Source of the DNA: Okamejei kenojei
Lineage: Eukaryota
NCBI GenBank assembly: GCA_035221665.1
Contig: CM069156.1
Span: forward strand, 12,028,001-12,092,000
Reading direction: 5' to 3'
DNA: 64,000 bases
Position numbers and translations under genes: made by a program. Shown one piece after another: positions 51,171-64,000 of this stretch (positions are counted from its first letter, which is position 1; each line of letters starts with the position of its first letter). Below the pieces are notes generated by a model. It was not told where the DNA came from, did no database searches, and saw only the letters and a program-made list of their open reading frames with translations.

Positions 51171-52202
51171 GTTTGGGTGCAGGTCACTTCCTTCGGGACC
51201 TGTTGCACTGATCACCTGGTGGATCATTGATCTCTTGTTTGACCTCCAGTAATGACAACTATATTTCTTTACACTAATAATGATTCCAATTGGTGAAGAT
51301 TTTCATCTCGGTTCCCACTGATTTAATTTTTCCCAAGTCTCATTCATATCAAGGACAGTCACTCTCACCCAGTTTCTAGAAGTCATATTTTTTGACTGCT
51401 TGGAATAAGGCTGTAATGAGATAAAACCAGATGAATGGTGACATATGTCATGTGAAGGCACCTATGATGACTAATTTCAGCACAATGTTTAGTTTGACAG
51501 GATGATAACTGCCTACATTGGATTCATCCTGCTTTGATGGGCAGGACTTTCTGGGCAATTTTTTTCATTTTATCAAGTAAATGTGAGTGTTCCAGATTGA
51601 TTTGTGCCTGGTTCAAAGCCACAAACCTTCAGCACTACCACCAAGATGATGTAGGTCCTATGGCTTTTGCCAGGTAGCGAGCACGCAGCATTTTATTAAT
51701 GTCATGTGAGGTGAATGATATGGGTTCACACTGTAGTGTAGGTTTAAGCAGGATTATTTACTTGGCACATTGGCCTGGTTTCAAATGCTTTAGGCTGATC
51801 TTTTGCAATAACAACTGGGCTTCAATGTCAGGGAGGACAGGGATGTTTTGCAGACTTTTAGTTGTTTAATTCTCCACTACTCTCCACAACAATGGATGGA
51901 CCATTTTGACTTAATATGCTGGTCATGGGATCACTTAGCTCCATCTGCAAAATGCAGCTTCAACATGTTGACATCTTGTCTGCTTGATACTCCCTCAGCG
52001 TGCTCTCCTACATTTCTATTTGAACTAGAGATTAGTCCCCTGTCTAAATTGTAATGGCGGGATGAGATGGAAATTGGAGGGGACATTTAGAACTGTTGCA
52101 GATGGCTACTAGTGCCTCATCCACCCAACTGATAATTGGGAAACCATCTTAGGCCAGACTATTAAGCATGTTAGGCAAGGTGGAGACTGCCTTCAATGTG
52201 AA

Positions 52203-52605
52203 GTGTGTAGAAAGGAACTGCAGATGCTGGTTTAAACCAAAGATAGACACAAAACGCTGGAGCAACTCAGTGGGACAGGTAGCATCTCTGGAGAGAAGGA
52301 ATGGGTGATGTTTTGGGTAGAGACCCTTCTTCAGACTGGTTAGGGATAAGGGAAACGAGAGACATAGATGATGATGTGGAGAGATAAAGAACAATGAATA
52401 AAAGATATGCAAAAAACGAAACAATGATAAAGGAAACTGGCCACTGTTAGCTGTTTGTTGGGTGAAAACGAGAAGCTAGTGCGATTTTGGTGGGGGAGGG
52501 ATAGAGAGAGTGGGAATGCTGGGGCTACCTGAAGTGAGAGAAATCAATATTCATACCAAGCTGCCCAAGCAAAATATGAGATGCTGTTCCTCCAATTTGC
52601 GTTGG
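52203..52605 (-). mobile_element. Penelope-like retroelement 3' end and pseudo-LTR
   Basis: Reverse complement matches the KLEEQHLIFRLG region and terminal repeat of the copy at 2046-2655. Confidence 0.8.
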
Positions 52606-53637
52606 CTGTACGTTCAGAGGGGGTGAGGTTAGAGTAGGTAACAGGGAGTGGAGAGGTTGAGATGTTTGATGTAACGGTGGCAGTTAGAAATAAAGAGGGT
52701 AGAAGGCCATTCTGGGGAGTCCAAGAGGAGGGGGAACCGGTGGAGACGGGAGAAGGGGTCATTACTAGGTGCTGAAGATTCCTTCCCATAGAAATAGGCT
52801 ATGTGAAGACAGACTTCAAAAGAACTGTGTGGTCAATCCTACCAATGCTCACAGGCCAGTGTATCTGTGGCTGATATATTAGTGACAAAATGTTTGTGAG
52901 ACGTGGTGGAGGCAAGGTTGAACTTTGAGGGCACCTGGATCTGGCCTCAACTGTGTCCTCACAACGGTGACTCTGCCTTGTAGCTGGGCTGGAGTTACCC
53001 ATGAACCAATTGCAGGAGCCTGGAACTTTGGCTGAATGGAATGATTCTGCACATCCGACCATGACAGGCTATAGTTTTACCAGTTTGTGGGATAGATTTT
53101 TTGATTTAGATAAGATGCCCAAATGTTTCTTGGAGTTTACATGGGTTGAGTATGCTTTCATGCCCAAAATCAGTGTCTAGGCTGATGACGAGTGGTACAA
53201 TCTGTTTTTTTCCCCTTGATATTTGTGACCATGAGATGTAAACAGCTGAGTAGTTTGCTGGCCCATTTTCAGAGGACTGTCACATTACTGGAGTCACATT
53301 TAGGTCATAGCAGCTGCGGATAGATATATTTTCCTACAAATATGTTAGTGAATCATAAGTTTAAAAAGATTTACAAACCAATAGCTGCCTTGACACTATT
53401 AATGATATGAACTTTTAAAATCTAGGATAAAGGATTGTATCTTTCAAGATTTCATCCAGGCTTGGAGCAGTGTGGGCAATTTAAATGCCTGAAATGCAGC
53501 TTAGATTCATTCCTGGGGTGACGATTATACAAGAAATTAAAATTGGCCTATACTAATTGGAGTTTAGAAGAATAAGAGGTACGTCATGGAATTGGGATTG
53601 ATGCAGGATTCTGGTAGGATGAATGTTGAGAGGCTCC

Positions 53638-54093
53638 CAGGAGCGGAAAAGACTACAAAACATAGTAAACACTGCCCAGTCCATCATCAGCTCTGACCTG
53701 CCTACCATCGAGGGGATCTATCGCAGTGGCTGCCTCAAAAAGGCTGGCAGCATCATCAAGGACCCACACCATCCTGGCCACACACTTATCTCCCCGCTAC
53801 CTTCAGGTAGAAGGTACAGGAGCCTGAAGACTGCAATGTCCAGGTTCAGAAATAGCCACTTCCCCACAGACATCAGGCTATTAAAGCCAACTGAAACAAA
53901 TCTCTGAACACTAATAGACCATTATCTGTTTATTTGCACTTTTCTGTTTATTTATTGATGTGTGTATATATTTATATAATGGTGTATGGACACACTGATA
54001 TGATATGTTCTGTATTCGTGCTGATGTAAAGCAGGAATTTCATTGTCCTGTCTGGGACACATGACAATAAATTCTCCTGACTCTTGACTTGAC
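53638..54093 (+). mobile_element. Rex1/Babar-type LINE 3' fragment (same family as 34355-35038)
   Basis: QERKRLQNIVNTAQSIISSDLPTIEGIY...IIKDPHHPGH.L.SPLPSGRRYRS; CTTGA tail. Confidence 0.88.
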
Positions 54094-54844
54094 ACATGAG
54101 AAGGTATAGACAAATTGGTGTTGATAAGCAGTGGCTTTGAGATTCTTGCCTTCAGAGGGCTGTAATTGCTCTTTGAGGTCAAAAGATTTGCCCACACCAA
54201 GGGATCAAGAGTATATGGAGATTGAACAGAAAACCGGACAACAAAAGGTCAGTCATGATCGTCAAGTGACGGAACAGGCTCAGATCTCTAGGTGGTTATT
54301 TCAATTACATATTTGGGTTCTGGATTACTGGACTATTAACATAAACCCCATGCGTCCATTTATCTTTATGCACTCCGTTCATCTCTTACTGCTCCAGACT
54401 GGCAAGGTCAAATATGTATGTGTTTAATTTACAATAGTCCAATATCCATGGAGTGAATTTACCAGAGGTATAATATTATATGTAATAAAATGAATGAAGC
54501 TAATACTCGCTCAATTTACTCACATGGGTCCAAGTAAAATAATAAATAAAATGAATCAAATTAAAGCCAAAATGTTAAAAAAAATGTTTCAGTCCCATCA
54601 GCCCTAAACACTAACTCGCATTGAGGCTATCCACTGTTTATTACTGGCCTGTTGGACTTGAGTGGTTTTTGCTGATTTCACTTTGAAGCAACCTTGTGGC
54701 TGGAGAATATCAGATTCATTACTGAGTCTGGAAATAGACTCAAATGATTGAACACGGCTTTGAAAACTTCTCACACAAAAAAGTGATGCTTGCTTTCAAT
54801 GTCGAGTGGGAGAAAGTATGGATTATTTACAGTAATTATTTTTA

Positions 54845-55545
54845 CTGAGTGCTAAACACCTGTGCGGGCAAATTGGCTGGAGAATTCAAGGTCATTCTCA
54901 GCCTATTGCCTCTGTCGTCCGAGGTTCCCACCTGCTTCAAAAGGGCGTCTGTCAAATCGTTGCCGAACAAGGGCATGGTGCCCTGCCTCGTTGACTACTG
55001 TCCGGTAGGAATTACATCCACCGTAATGAAGAGGTTGGTTACAGCGCAAATTAACTCCTGCCTAAGACACCACAAGTCAACAGCAGATGCTAGCTCACTG
55101 TCTCTCTACGATGCTCTGGACCATCTGGAAAACTGAAACACAATCGTTGGGTTGCTGTTCAGTGACCAGTTTGGAGTTCAACATCAACATCATTCCCTCC
55201 AAATTCATCATTAAGCTCCAAGACCTAAACTTCTGTACCCCCTTTCCAACTGGATCAGTGACTTCCTCATTGGCAAACCTCAATCAGTGCAGATTGGCAA
55301 CAACATCTCCTACTCACTGACCATCAATACAGTTGCACCTCAAGGCTGCTTGCTTAGTCCCCTGCTCCACTCTCTGTCTTGGCTAAGAACTGCAGCCAAA
55401 CCCATCTATAAATTCACTGATGACACCACTGTTGCTGGCCGTATCACAGGTGGAGATAAGTCAACATAAAGGAGAAAGACAAAACACCTGATTGAACATC
55501 AACCTCTTGCTCAACACCAACATAACCAAGGAACTAATCATTGAC
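54845..55545 (+). mobile_element. Degenerate Rex1/Babar-type LINE RT fragment
   Basis: VPTCFKRA..., LTINTVAPQGCLLSPLLHSL, YKFTDDTTV motifs. Confidence 0.82.
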
Positions 55546-55567
55546 TCATTAAATGTCCATCCACTTC

Positions 55568-55733
55568 ATTTAGTTTAGTTTGCAGATAGAGCACGGAGCA
55601 CCCAGGGAAAACCCACGCAGGTCACAGGGAGAACTTTCAAACTCTACTTAGAGGCAGCAGCCATAGTCAGGATCGAACCCGGATCTCTGGCGCTGTAATA
55701 CAGCAACTTCACCGCTGCACCTCTGTGCTGCCC
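55568..55733 (-). mobile_element. tRNA-derived SINE, internally deleted
   Basis: GGATCGAACCC reverse B-box, core and reverse tail. Confidence 0.72.
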
Positions 55734-55949
55734 TTGCAAGATGGTTAAAAGGTAGAATTCCTTGCTTTAGCCCAGCACGCTGCTTTTTCTCCCCTTTGTT
55801 CATCACTTCTTATCTTTATTTTTCTGCAAATCATTCCACAACACAATGACTTTGCTGGAAAGAAATTGAATGAATTTCAGCCTGCTCAGTAGAAATAGTA
55901 TCAGAGTTACAGAGAGCCACAGAGGAAACACACCACATACTGTACTTAC

Positions 55950-56023
55950 CCCTGATGTGAAGATAGCAGGATTCCCACTCTCCAGCATGTCTTCCAGCTC
56001 CTCATTTGTGGTCGTTCTTCCAG
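55950..56023 (-). CDS. STX1A: Syntaxin-1A internal coding exon (Habc-SNARE linker; equivalent to human exon 7)
   Basis: 74-nt exon, TAG acceptor and GTAAGT donor. Translates (T)[31 protein letters not shown] fits STX1A rather than STX1B (GKLAIFTDD) or STX2 (GKPSIFTSD). Length matches the recalled human exon. Confidence 0.95.
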
Positions 56024-57139
56024 CTAGAATAAATTTAAAAAAAAAACAACCTTAAGTTATGTTTATAGCATGAAACGAGGCACCGGTATGTTTACTATTC
56101 AACACTAGTACATTAATATCACAAATCCACAATGTTTGCATGTTCAGTGCATTATGCAACATTACTTACGCTGCTGAAAACCAGCTGCAAGTGTTGGTCA
56201 AAATGGCTTTATCAAAATGTACTTATGATAATTGCTCGTTTCTGACCTTCCGCCCAGTCTAGTTTCAGTAAAAACACTGAATCAAGCACTTGAAATGACT
56301 AAAGTTTATTTTACCAAAAGTGCGTCACAGATCAAACACTGTACCTATCCCCACCGCGGGTTCGATCCCTGCTTCTGTCTGTTCAAGCCCTCTAGGCCTC
56401 GCGCAGACAGAGACACTCCAGAAATTCTCCAGAAGATCGACCTCGAGCCTCGTGATCACGGCTTTTTATATGCCCCGCGAACCTGAGGGCCGAACCACAC
56501 AGGGGGTTGTCTTACAATTATCCAATAACAGATATCGATGAACCCCATACGTAACAGACGTTTTCCTAACCCAATAATACAACAGCCCAATACATTGTTT
56601 TCACAACTGACCTCAGGATGAAGTCAACCATTGAAACATTCACCCTGATTTACAGAGCTTTCAGACAAGGTTTAACACCCCATCCAATAAACATCCAGCA
56701 GAGTCAGATATTTCAACATTATGTACAACTTATTTACAAAATGTATATCTAGTTTGCAACCACCCAATCCATTCTATGCATTTGGTATCAGATTGACAAG
56801 GCTTGCAGGTTCCCTACCCTTTTGCATATGAATTGTATCTAAGCTCAAGACTCTTTGGCACCTCTCGCAGCCCGTCCCATCTCTGCAGAGAGCTATCCCA
56901 ATTTGACCAAATCTCCCAGCAAGCCCTGAAACTTAACCCCATTTAGAAGTCCTGACTGGTCCAATATAGCCAGGATTAATACTTATGCATCCGGATGGCA
57001 TGAGCATCATGAGCAAATTTCAAATGACCATTCCTAATTGCCCATGAACTGAGCTGTGTTATTTCAGTGAGCAATTGGGACTTAACCATATTGCTGTGTC
57101 TGGGGTGACAGATAGGGAAAACCACGTAAGGATTACTGA

Positions 57140-57353
57140 ATGTAGAAACAAGAAAATCAGATGCTGGTTAACACAAAAGGACACAAAGTGCTGGAGTAAT
57201 TCAGGGGGTCAGGCAGCATCTCTGGTGTACATGGATATGTGACGTTTCAGGTTTTTTAGACTGAGTCTGAAAAAGGGTCGCCACCCGAAATGTCACCTAT
57301 CCATGTTCTCCAGAGATGCTGCCTAACCCACTAAATTACTCCGGCACTTTGTC
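57140..57353. mobile_element. Penelope pLTR-derived fold-back element
   Basis: Inverted arms and degenerate hammerhead-like core near 57267-57295; TSD unclear. Confidence 0.72.
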
Positions 57354-57643
57354 CCCTAAAGTCTGAATATTTATCTGAAGAACAATGAATAATATGGTTT
57401 TACGGACAATCTAAGAATTTCATAATGTTCATTACTGGTAATAGCTATTTATTGTATATTTATTTGCGTGTCTGAATTTAAATTCTTCAAACCCCATGGA
57501 GGATTTAAACATGAAATTTGGATCAGTAAGGAAGCTGCCTGATTAGATTAGATACTGGTGATGGTTGTTTGATGTATATTTTACAGCTTCCGTTAGAAAG
57601 GAGCATAAAGTTATTGGAATTGTTTGAGAGCCAGCAGAGACAT

Positions 57644-57715
<72 letters not shown>
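57644..57715 (+). repeat. Poly-G homopolymer (72 nt)
   Basis: Read directly; the length may be an assembly or sequencing artefact. Confidence 0.9.
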
Positions 57716-57716
<1 letters not shown>

Positions 57717-58814
57717 GTAGGGAGGTGGGTGCGTGGTTTTAATCTGTTCCATGATTAGATTCACAAAAGTGGAGCTTGTTGTTCACCTCCATATGAGTTT
57801 TTATCAAACTAATATATTTGAGCTTTAAAAATGAATACAAATTGTATTTAAATGATTATTAGATGAGGCAATGTTCATAGGAGACTTATGATTCTCCAAT
57901 AACACACAGCTTCTACGTAAATAAGAACAATTGGTTCTGAAGTGTCTCACTCCTCCAGGTAGTAAATTCTTAGAATGCATTATTTGAAAAATGTTATATT
58001 TTAAAAAGTAATATATATGGATCAAAAGTACTCCTTTTCTCCTCTCTCTTAATCACTCTATTCCTCTTTCATCCTAAATCTCATTTATGAAACACACTTG
58101 GTCTTTGTATACAGTCCCAGAGGTCCTAATGCTCCATTATCAGTATGCACTCTAGCAAGTTAAGAACGTAAGAATATTGATAACATAAGTGGAAGTAGGA
58201 CATAGAGCCCATTGATCCTGTTCCATCATTAAAAACGGCAAGACAGATCTCATCTTTGGTTTATCCCTTTCTGATCTTCATATCTGTTGTTATCCAACAG
58301 TCCAAAAATCGAATCAGAGCTACTTTTGATCGATAAAATAACTCAGACACCTCTTGGAAAAATAATTCCAGATATTGCCAACCTTAGTGCCATTGAGAGC
58401 TACAGCACAGAAAAAGGACCTTCATCCAACTGAGTCCATTGACAACCATCAACTACTCATTTACACTAATCCCACATTAATCCCATTCTCCACAAATTCC
58501 ATCACTCACTTGCACATTAGAGGAAAATTCACTGTGGCCAATTGATCTACCAACCAGCACATCTCTGGAATGTGGGAGGAAACCTTCCAAGAAGAGAAAT
58601 TCTTCCTTGCGTTGGTACAAACTGTTTCTGAGCAGTAGGACAAGGAAACAAACCTGTCACACAGGGCCTGCTGCAGGAGGCTCCACTCCAGCATATATTG
58701 GGCCATAGTTAAATGCACTGCTCTGCATGAAAAGCAGGCGGTGCACAAAGCAATGTTATTCTGAGTCACAGCACCACAGCCAAGGCCTCAGTGTGATAGC
58801 TGGTGATCAGACAG

Positions 58815-59560
58815 GTCAAGAGTCAAGTCAAGTCAAGTCAAGTGTGTTTAAATGTCATATGTACTGACAACAGAATAATTAAATTCTTACATGCAGCAGC
58901 CTAGCAGGCCCGTAAAAGCAATAATATAGATAACATATAATAACCAACAAATTCAATAAATTAATAATCTTAATACTAAATATTAACCATAACAGTGCCA
59001 AAACCGAACTCTGTAGTGTAATCAAAGACACAGTCCATAGAAGGTCATGGTTTAGAAACAAGGAACTGCAGAAGCTGGTTTATACACGAAGAGATACAAA
59101 GTGCTGGAGTAAGTCAGCAGGTCAGCTGGCATCCCTGGAGAACATGGATTGATGACAATGTGGGTCGAGTCCCTTCTTCACTATTCTTCTCCCTCCCCCA
59201 CCACATACAATCAGCCTGAGGAAGGGTCTCAACCTGAAACATTACATATACATGTTCTCCATGGATACTGCCTGATCTGCTGAGTCACTGCAGTACTTTG
59301 TGTCCTGAAGGTCATAGTTGCTGAGATTAATATTGTGTAGTGCTCAAGAGCCTGATGGTTGTCGGGAAGAAGCTATTCTTGAACCTGGTGGTCACGGTTT
59401 TCAAGCTCCTGTATCTTCTTCCCAAAGGTGGAAGCTAAATGAGAGCATTGCATGGGTCTTTGATGATAATGACTGCCTTTTTGAGCCAGCTTCCACCATT
59501 CTTTATAACCTTCACTCCTAGCCATTCGAGTTGCCAAACCAGGCCGTGATGCTACAGCGG
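58815..59560 (-). mobile_element. Rex1/Babar-type LINE 3' fragment with a fold-back element inserted
   Basis: (TCAAG)n reverse tail at 58817-58842; reverse of the RRYRSL...RFKNSF region at 59340-59430. Confidence 0.75.
59053..59306. mobile_element. Penelope pLTR-derived fold-back element inserted in a LINE
   Basis: Inverted arms; 13-bp TSD GAAGGTCAT(G/A)GTT. Confidence 0.78.
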
Positions 59561-62168
59561 CAAGTCTAGTCTCTGATAGTAGGGTGTCAAAATATTTTCT
59601 ATCTATGGTCTGGTCATTTTCAGTGCTGATTCAATCATGCAGAGATGGCACTGTTATACTGCTTGGCCTACAGCAAATTTTGAATGCACAGTTAGAGTCC
59701 GCAGAGAAAGTTTGTTCACCAGTTTTCAGAAATCCATTACTGGATTGTAAAGGCTGCTAGCTTGGAATGATAATTTATTTCACAAATTGAATACTCTCCT
59801 GGTGACCAAACTGACATTTTCTTTTCTTATTTCTAATTTAAGCTTGCTCTATTTTAAACCCTTCTCCCCATCCCAAACAATGTTTGAGTTGGTGTTGAAA
59901 ATTCTATTTATAAAGAAGTGAAAGCTATAATTATGCTATTTCAAACCTCTCACCCATGGAAATCAATGGAATTCTTGGCAATTTTTGGTTTGCCCTTTCT
60001 CCAGGGAAATGCAACAGTTCCTGCATGTAATCAGGTTACCTGGCGCCCTTTGCTGACAATGAAGTTTAATGAATCAAAAACATCGATCCAGTATAACTTT
60101 CTGGTCTTTGCCAAATGTGTGCCCATTGACACACATTGTAGCACACAGAGGTTCTCCCCCACCAATCCAGTTCCTTTCCCTCATCAACTAAACTGGAAGT
60201 GCTGGATTAAATATGAAGTGGGAAAAAATGTATTACCTTGTGTAGGGGATCTGCCACATTGATTGAAACTAAATATAACAGAAGTATAAGTTTCAAATCA
60301 TAATTAATGAGCAAAACATTTGTGATTGGCAGTTATGAAATTAGTGTGAAGCATGAAAGTTGCCCTTTTGAAAGTCAGGCTCCGAAGAGAAAACTAATGC
60401 AGATTTATATTCTCACTCCCAATAGCATCAGCCATCGTGTTCCAGTATTAAAGGGACAGTATTCCAGTACTAAAATGATGGTGTATGCTTTTACAACATA
60501 GGATTTCCAGTCAGAGAGCAAGGCGTGCCAACAAATTATTTGTATAAAATTAGACCTGATCTTTGTTTGAGCTCCTGGCAGGCGTACAGAATAATAACTC
60601 CTGTCCAGCAGCGGTAAAAAGCATTTCTCTTTGTTGTACATGACACGACAATCAGACTATTGTGGCCAAAATAGTCCTCAGCAACCTCAGCACAGTCATC
60701 GTGGGACAAAGGGCCTTTTCCTCTGCTGAACTGTTCTAATCTTTAACAATACACAGGCACACACTTTGATCATGATTCACGTAAACATATGCACCCAAAC
60801 ACCAATTCACATGCACCCACTGATTCACACATTACATCACTTGGACCCGCAGTGGGAATACCATAAAATACAAGCCAAACGACTCTGTTGAAGTAAATAA
60901 TAACACAAAAGATGGGTTTTGTCCAAGTTTCAGATTTTTTGCAGAAGCTTAACTTATATTTTCATACAACAGAATAAACGACCACTTGGCCCATCATACG
61001 CATGCCGAATCCCCAAGCAATCTCACCTGTCCCAAATCCCTATTCATTTCCCCGCCACTAATTCTCTCTCTCACATACCCATGAATTCTCATTCCACCTA
61101 CTTGAGCGTTAGTTTACAGAAGCCAATTAACGTACCAACCAGCATTGTTTTTGGGTGGTGGAAGGAAAGCACTCAAGGGAAACTCATAGAGTCAGATAAA
61201 CTCCTTACAGATGGCCCCAACATTTGGGATCACAAGAGCAACATGACAGCAGGTCTACCCACTGCATCACTGTGGCATATTTAATATTAACTGTAAATGT
61301 ATTGACATTAGGCAACCAGTCAAACCCAACCTCTCCAGATGGAGATCTTACTTTATCTGGTTTAGTTCTGTGTAAAATTATTTGTTTCAAATCATTTCAG
61401 TTCCAATACAAATCATGTCAAACAGCAGGAAGCACACTTATTTAAAAAAAATCCTCTTCGCCTCTCTTCGGGATTGGGGGTATACATCGCTGCACATATT
61501 AAACCTGAGACATTTGCCCCAAATAAATTCCCCCTGCTTCAGTCCTATACTATAGAGCTGGTGCTGTCAGGCTACTTCAGAAACCAATTACAATGTTGGA
61601 GGTTTATTTATTTTTTCTTGAAGCCCAATAATAACATTATGGCAGTTGTGCAGCATAAACCAAGTAGTTTAAAGTTTGAGAACTGAATCCACAGGTGTTC
61701 GAATAATATCTCTCCACACTTGAACTCTTCTACTCATCTAAATACCTACCAGGCAAATGGGTCTGGATGGAACTTCCCGTAGTTTCTTCTGGAATCTTAG
61801 GCTTGTTTAACTTACTGTCATCACGCAAATCCTTTATTTCAATCTCCTGATTGTTGCCCTTCTCCATCTGTCTTAATTTTCTTATTGAGTTGCCACTTGC
61901 TAAGTGCAGTAAAGAACCAGGAAGATGACATTTCCAGTGGTATTTGAAGGGAGAGCTGCTGGTGGGATAAGTATACCCTTGAAGTGTGTTCTGTATCTCT
62001 GCCGAGGATGTGGATCTGTTTTTTTTTTTAAACCACACCCTCTAAAGCGAGAAATGACAATAGGGCAAGGGCAGATCAGGTTACAATCTGGAGATCAACT
62101 GGAAAAATACTGGAAATATGCTGGGGTTAAAAAATACCCCCATTCTGAGAAAGGGGGAATGCAGACAC

Positions 62169-62465
62169 CGGTGGCATGGTGGCACAGCGATAGTTGCTGC
62201 CTTACTGCACTTGCAGCGCCAGAGACCCGGGTTCGATCCCGACTACGGGCACTGTCTGCGCGGAGTTTGTACGTTCTTTCCATGACCGTATGGCTTTTCT
62301 CCCACACTCTAAAGGAGTACAGGCATGTAGGTAAATTGGCTTGGTATAAGTGTAAAATTGTCCCTATTTGTGTAGGATGGTGTTAATGTGCGGGGACTGT
62401 TGGTCGGTGCGGACTCGGTGGGCCGAAGGGCCTGTTTTCGTGCTGTATCTCTAAATTAAACTAAA
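62169..62465 (+). mobile_element. tRNA-derived SINE (HE1/V-SINE-like)
   Basis: A-box-like TGGCACAGCG, B-box GGTTCGATCCC, central GGAGTTTGTACGTTCT core, and LINE-derived tail GGGCCGAAGGGCCTGTTT...CTAAA. Confidence 0.88.
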
Positions 62466-63219
62466 GACTGAATGGAGCCAAGCAGAATTATAGAGTGAAC
62501 CTTAATGGCCCGTGCTACTGTGTGGGTCCATTGTACCTGTGGTGGATTTCTTTCAGCCTGTCACAGTACCAGTTAAACCAACAGGTTTATCTAGAAATCG
62601 ACAAGCCCCGGGGACTTAAGCAGACATTAAGATAAAAACAAATTATTAATTACCTCGCCCAAAATTTCCCATTCAAATACTCTCATGGACGTGCAAGAAA
62701 ATACAGCCTGAGGTCACAATTGTGCAGTGGAATTGGAACAAGACTTCTTGAAAGCAGATCAAAAATAATTAAACTGCTCTTACTTCAGACAGCTTGGTCT
62801 GGGCAGAGGAGGAATCTGCTCTGTCTCATTTTACCCGACTAAAGTTTGCTGATGCTTGGTTTTGCTTCTTATTACTGCACGGCTCCAAGAGGGAAATTAG
62901 TTAAAGTGATCACCCAAATGGATTAGTTCCCAGTGCATCTCAGACTTTGGCACGCTAATGTTAGGTGTTGTTGGCAGTGCAAGCTGGCGGCACAAAATTG
63001 CCACTGACCTGGTCGCTGAAGCCCAGTTGTGGTCTTGCCAGGATCACTCAGCTTCAGTCTAAACATGGACCAAAGAGCTGAATTCCTAAGGGAATTGTGC
63101 GACTCCAAAGGAACTTTTGACTGAATGTGGTATCAAAGAACCATGGGCAAGTGGAAATTAATGCACATCGTAGGGAAAATACATAAATGGTTGGAATTCA
63201 TACATCATGCAAAGGCTGT

Positions 63220-63736
63220 GGTTCAAGCTCAATCATCTCAGCTTCAGAGCATTATTCCAGGTAGTCACAAATGCTAATTCTTGCTGATGATTGCATAATG
63301 TTCAATTCCACTTGCAACCCCTCACCAATGGAAAAAGCCCAGGCCTGTGTGTTGCTGAATTGGACCACACTCAGGCCTAAACTAATATGTGGCATGTGGC
63401 ATTAAGGCAACATCCATCTCCGAAAAGGGCAAGCTTAAATCATCTAATCTTGATGCTCAATGGTTTTTCCAATGTTAGGCTCCACCATCAACATCCTGGT
63501 GTTGACCAGAACTTCACTAGAAGTCACCAGATGAATACTACAGATACAAAGGCAGGTCAGAGGCTCGGAATGAAGAAGCTAGTGAATCACCTCCTGACAC
63601 TGCAAGTCTTTTCACCATCTACAAGGCATGTCAGTAGCATGATGGAATACTTTTCACTTACTGGGATCAGTACAGTATCGACAATGTTCAAGAAGTTTGA
63701 CACAATCTAGTACATCACACAAACCAGCCTCCGTCA
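63220..63736 (+). mobile_element. Degenerate LINE ORF2 fragment (CR1/L2 group), truncated by assembly gap
   Basis: ORF 63387-63710 KAGQRLG...HLLT...MMEYFSL....STMFKKFDTI resembles non-LTR RT C-terminal sequence. Confidence 0.6.
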
Positions 63737-63903
63737 NNNNNNNNNNNNNNNNNNNNNNNNNNNNNNNNNNNNNNNNNNNNNNNNNNNNNNNNNNNNNNNN
63801 NNNNNNNNNNNNNNNNNNNNNNNNNNNNNNNNNNNNNNNNNNNNNNNNNNNNNNNNNNNNNNNNNNNNNNNNNNNNNNNNNNNNNNNNNNNNNNNNNNNN
63901 NNN
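63737..63903. other. Assembly gap (N run)
   Basis: Run of n characters. Confidence 0.99.
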
Positions 63904-64000
63904 GGCTCCATCTATACTTCATCCCACCTCAGGAAAGCAGCCAACATGGTGAAGGACCATTCACACCCTGGCCAATTTTCTCTTCTCACCTGACCTATCT

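Noticed and set aside
57543-57764. Poly-proline ORF
   Set aside because: Only the translation of the poly-G run, whose length may be artefactual.
62169-62245. tRNA gene
   Set aside because: The A/B boxes belong to a SINE head continuing into core and LINE-derived tail; no full cloverleaf.
56024-64000. Upstream STX1A exons (Habc domain)
   Set aside because: No matching peptide was seen by eye on the minus strand; they probably lie beyond the window or in the gap.

Overview
Eukaryotic, repeat-rich vertebrate DNA. The HE1-like SINEs, HER1/CR1-like LINEs and Penelope-derived repeats point to a cartilaginous fish, probably a skate or ray (inference). The only well-supported gene is the 3' half of syntaxin-1A (STX1A) on the minus strand, with exons at 55950-56023, 47623-47760, 45166-45276 and a terminal transmembrane exon at 30635-30715; earlier exons lie beyond the window's right end. 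The gene also carries a second, intact 111-nt copy of the exon encoding the C-terminal half of the SNARE motif (45353-45463, syntaxin-2-like, 76 nt from the canonical one) and a second terminal transmembrane exon (37687-37764, syntaxin-2B-like). Rbfox motifs sit where a neuronal versus non-neuronal switch would need them, so one locus may encode both a synaptic STX1-type and an STX2-type Qa-SNARE. The rest is intronic or intergenic DNA full of LINE, SINE, MITE and Penelope remnants. These include a family of ~150-250 bp fold-back elements with 13-16 bp target-site duplications that carry minimal hammerhead ribozyme cores. Almost all ORFs in the supplied track are spurious or transposon fragments. 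Comparisons with human proteins are from memory, not from a database search, and repeat boundaries are approximate.
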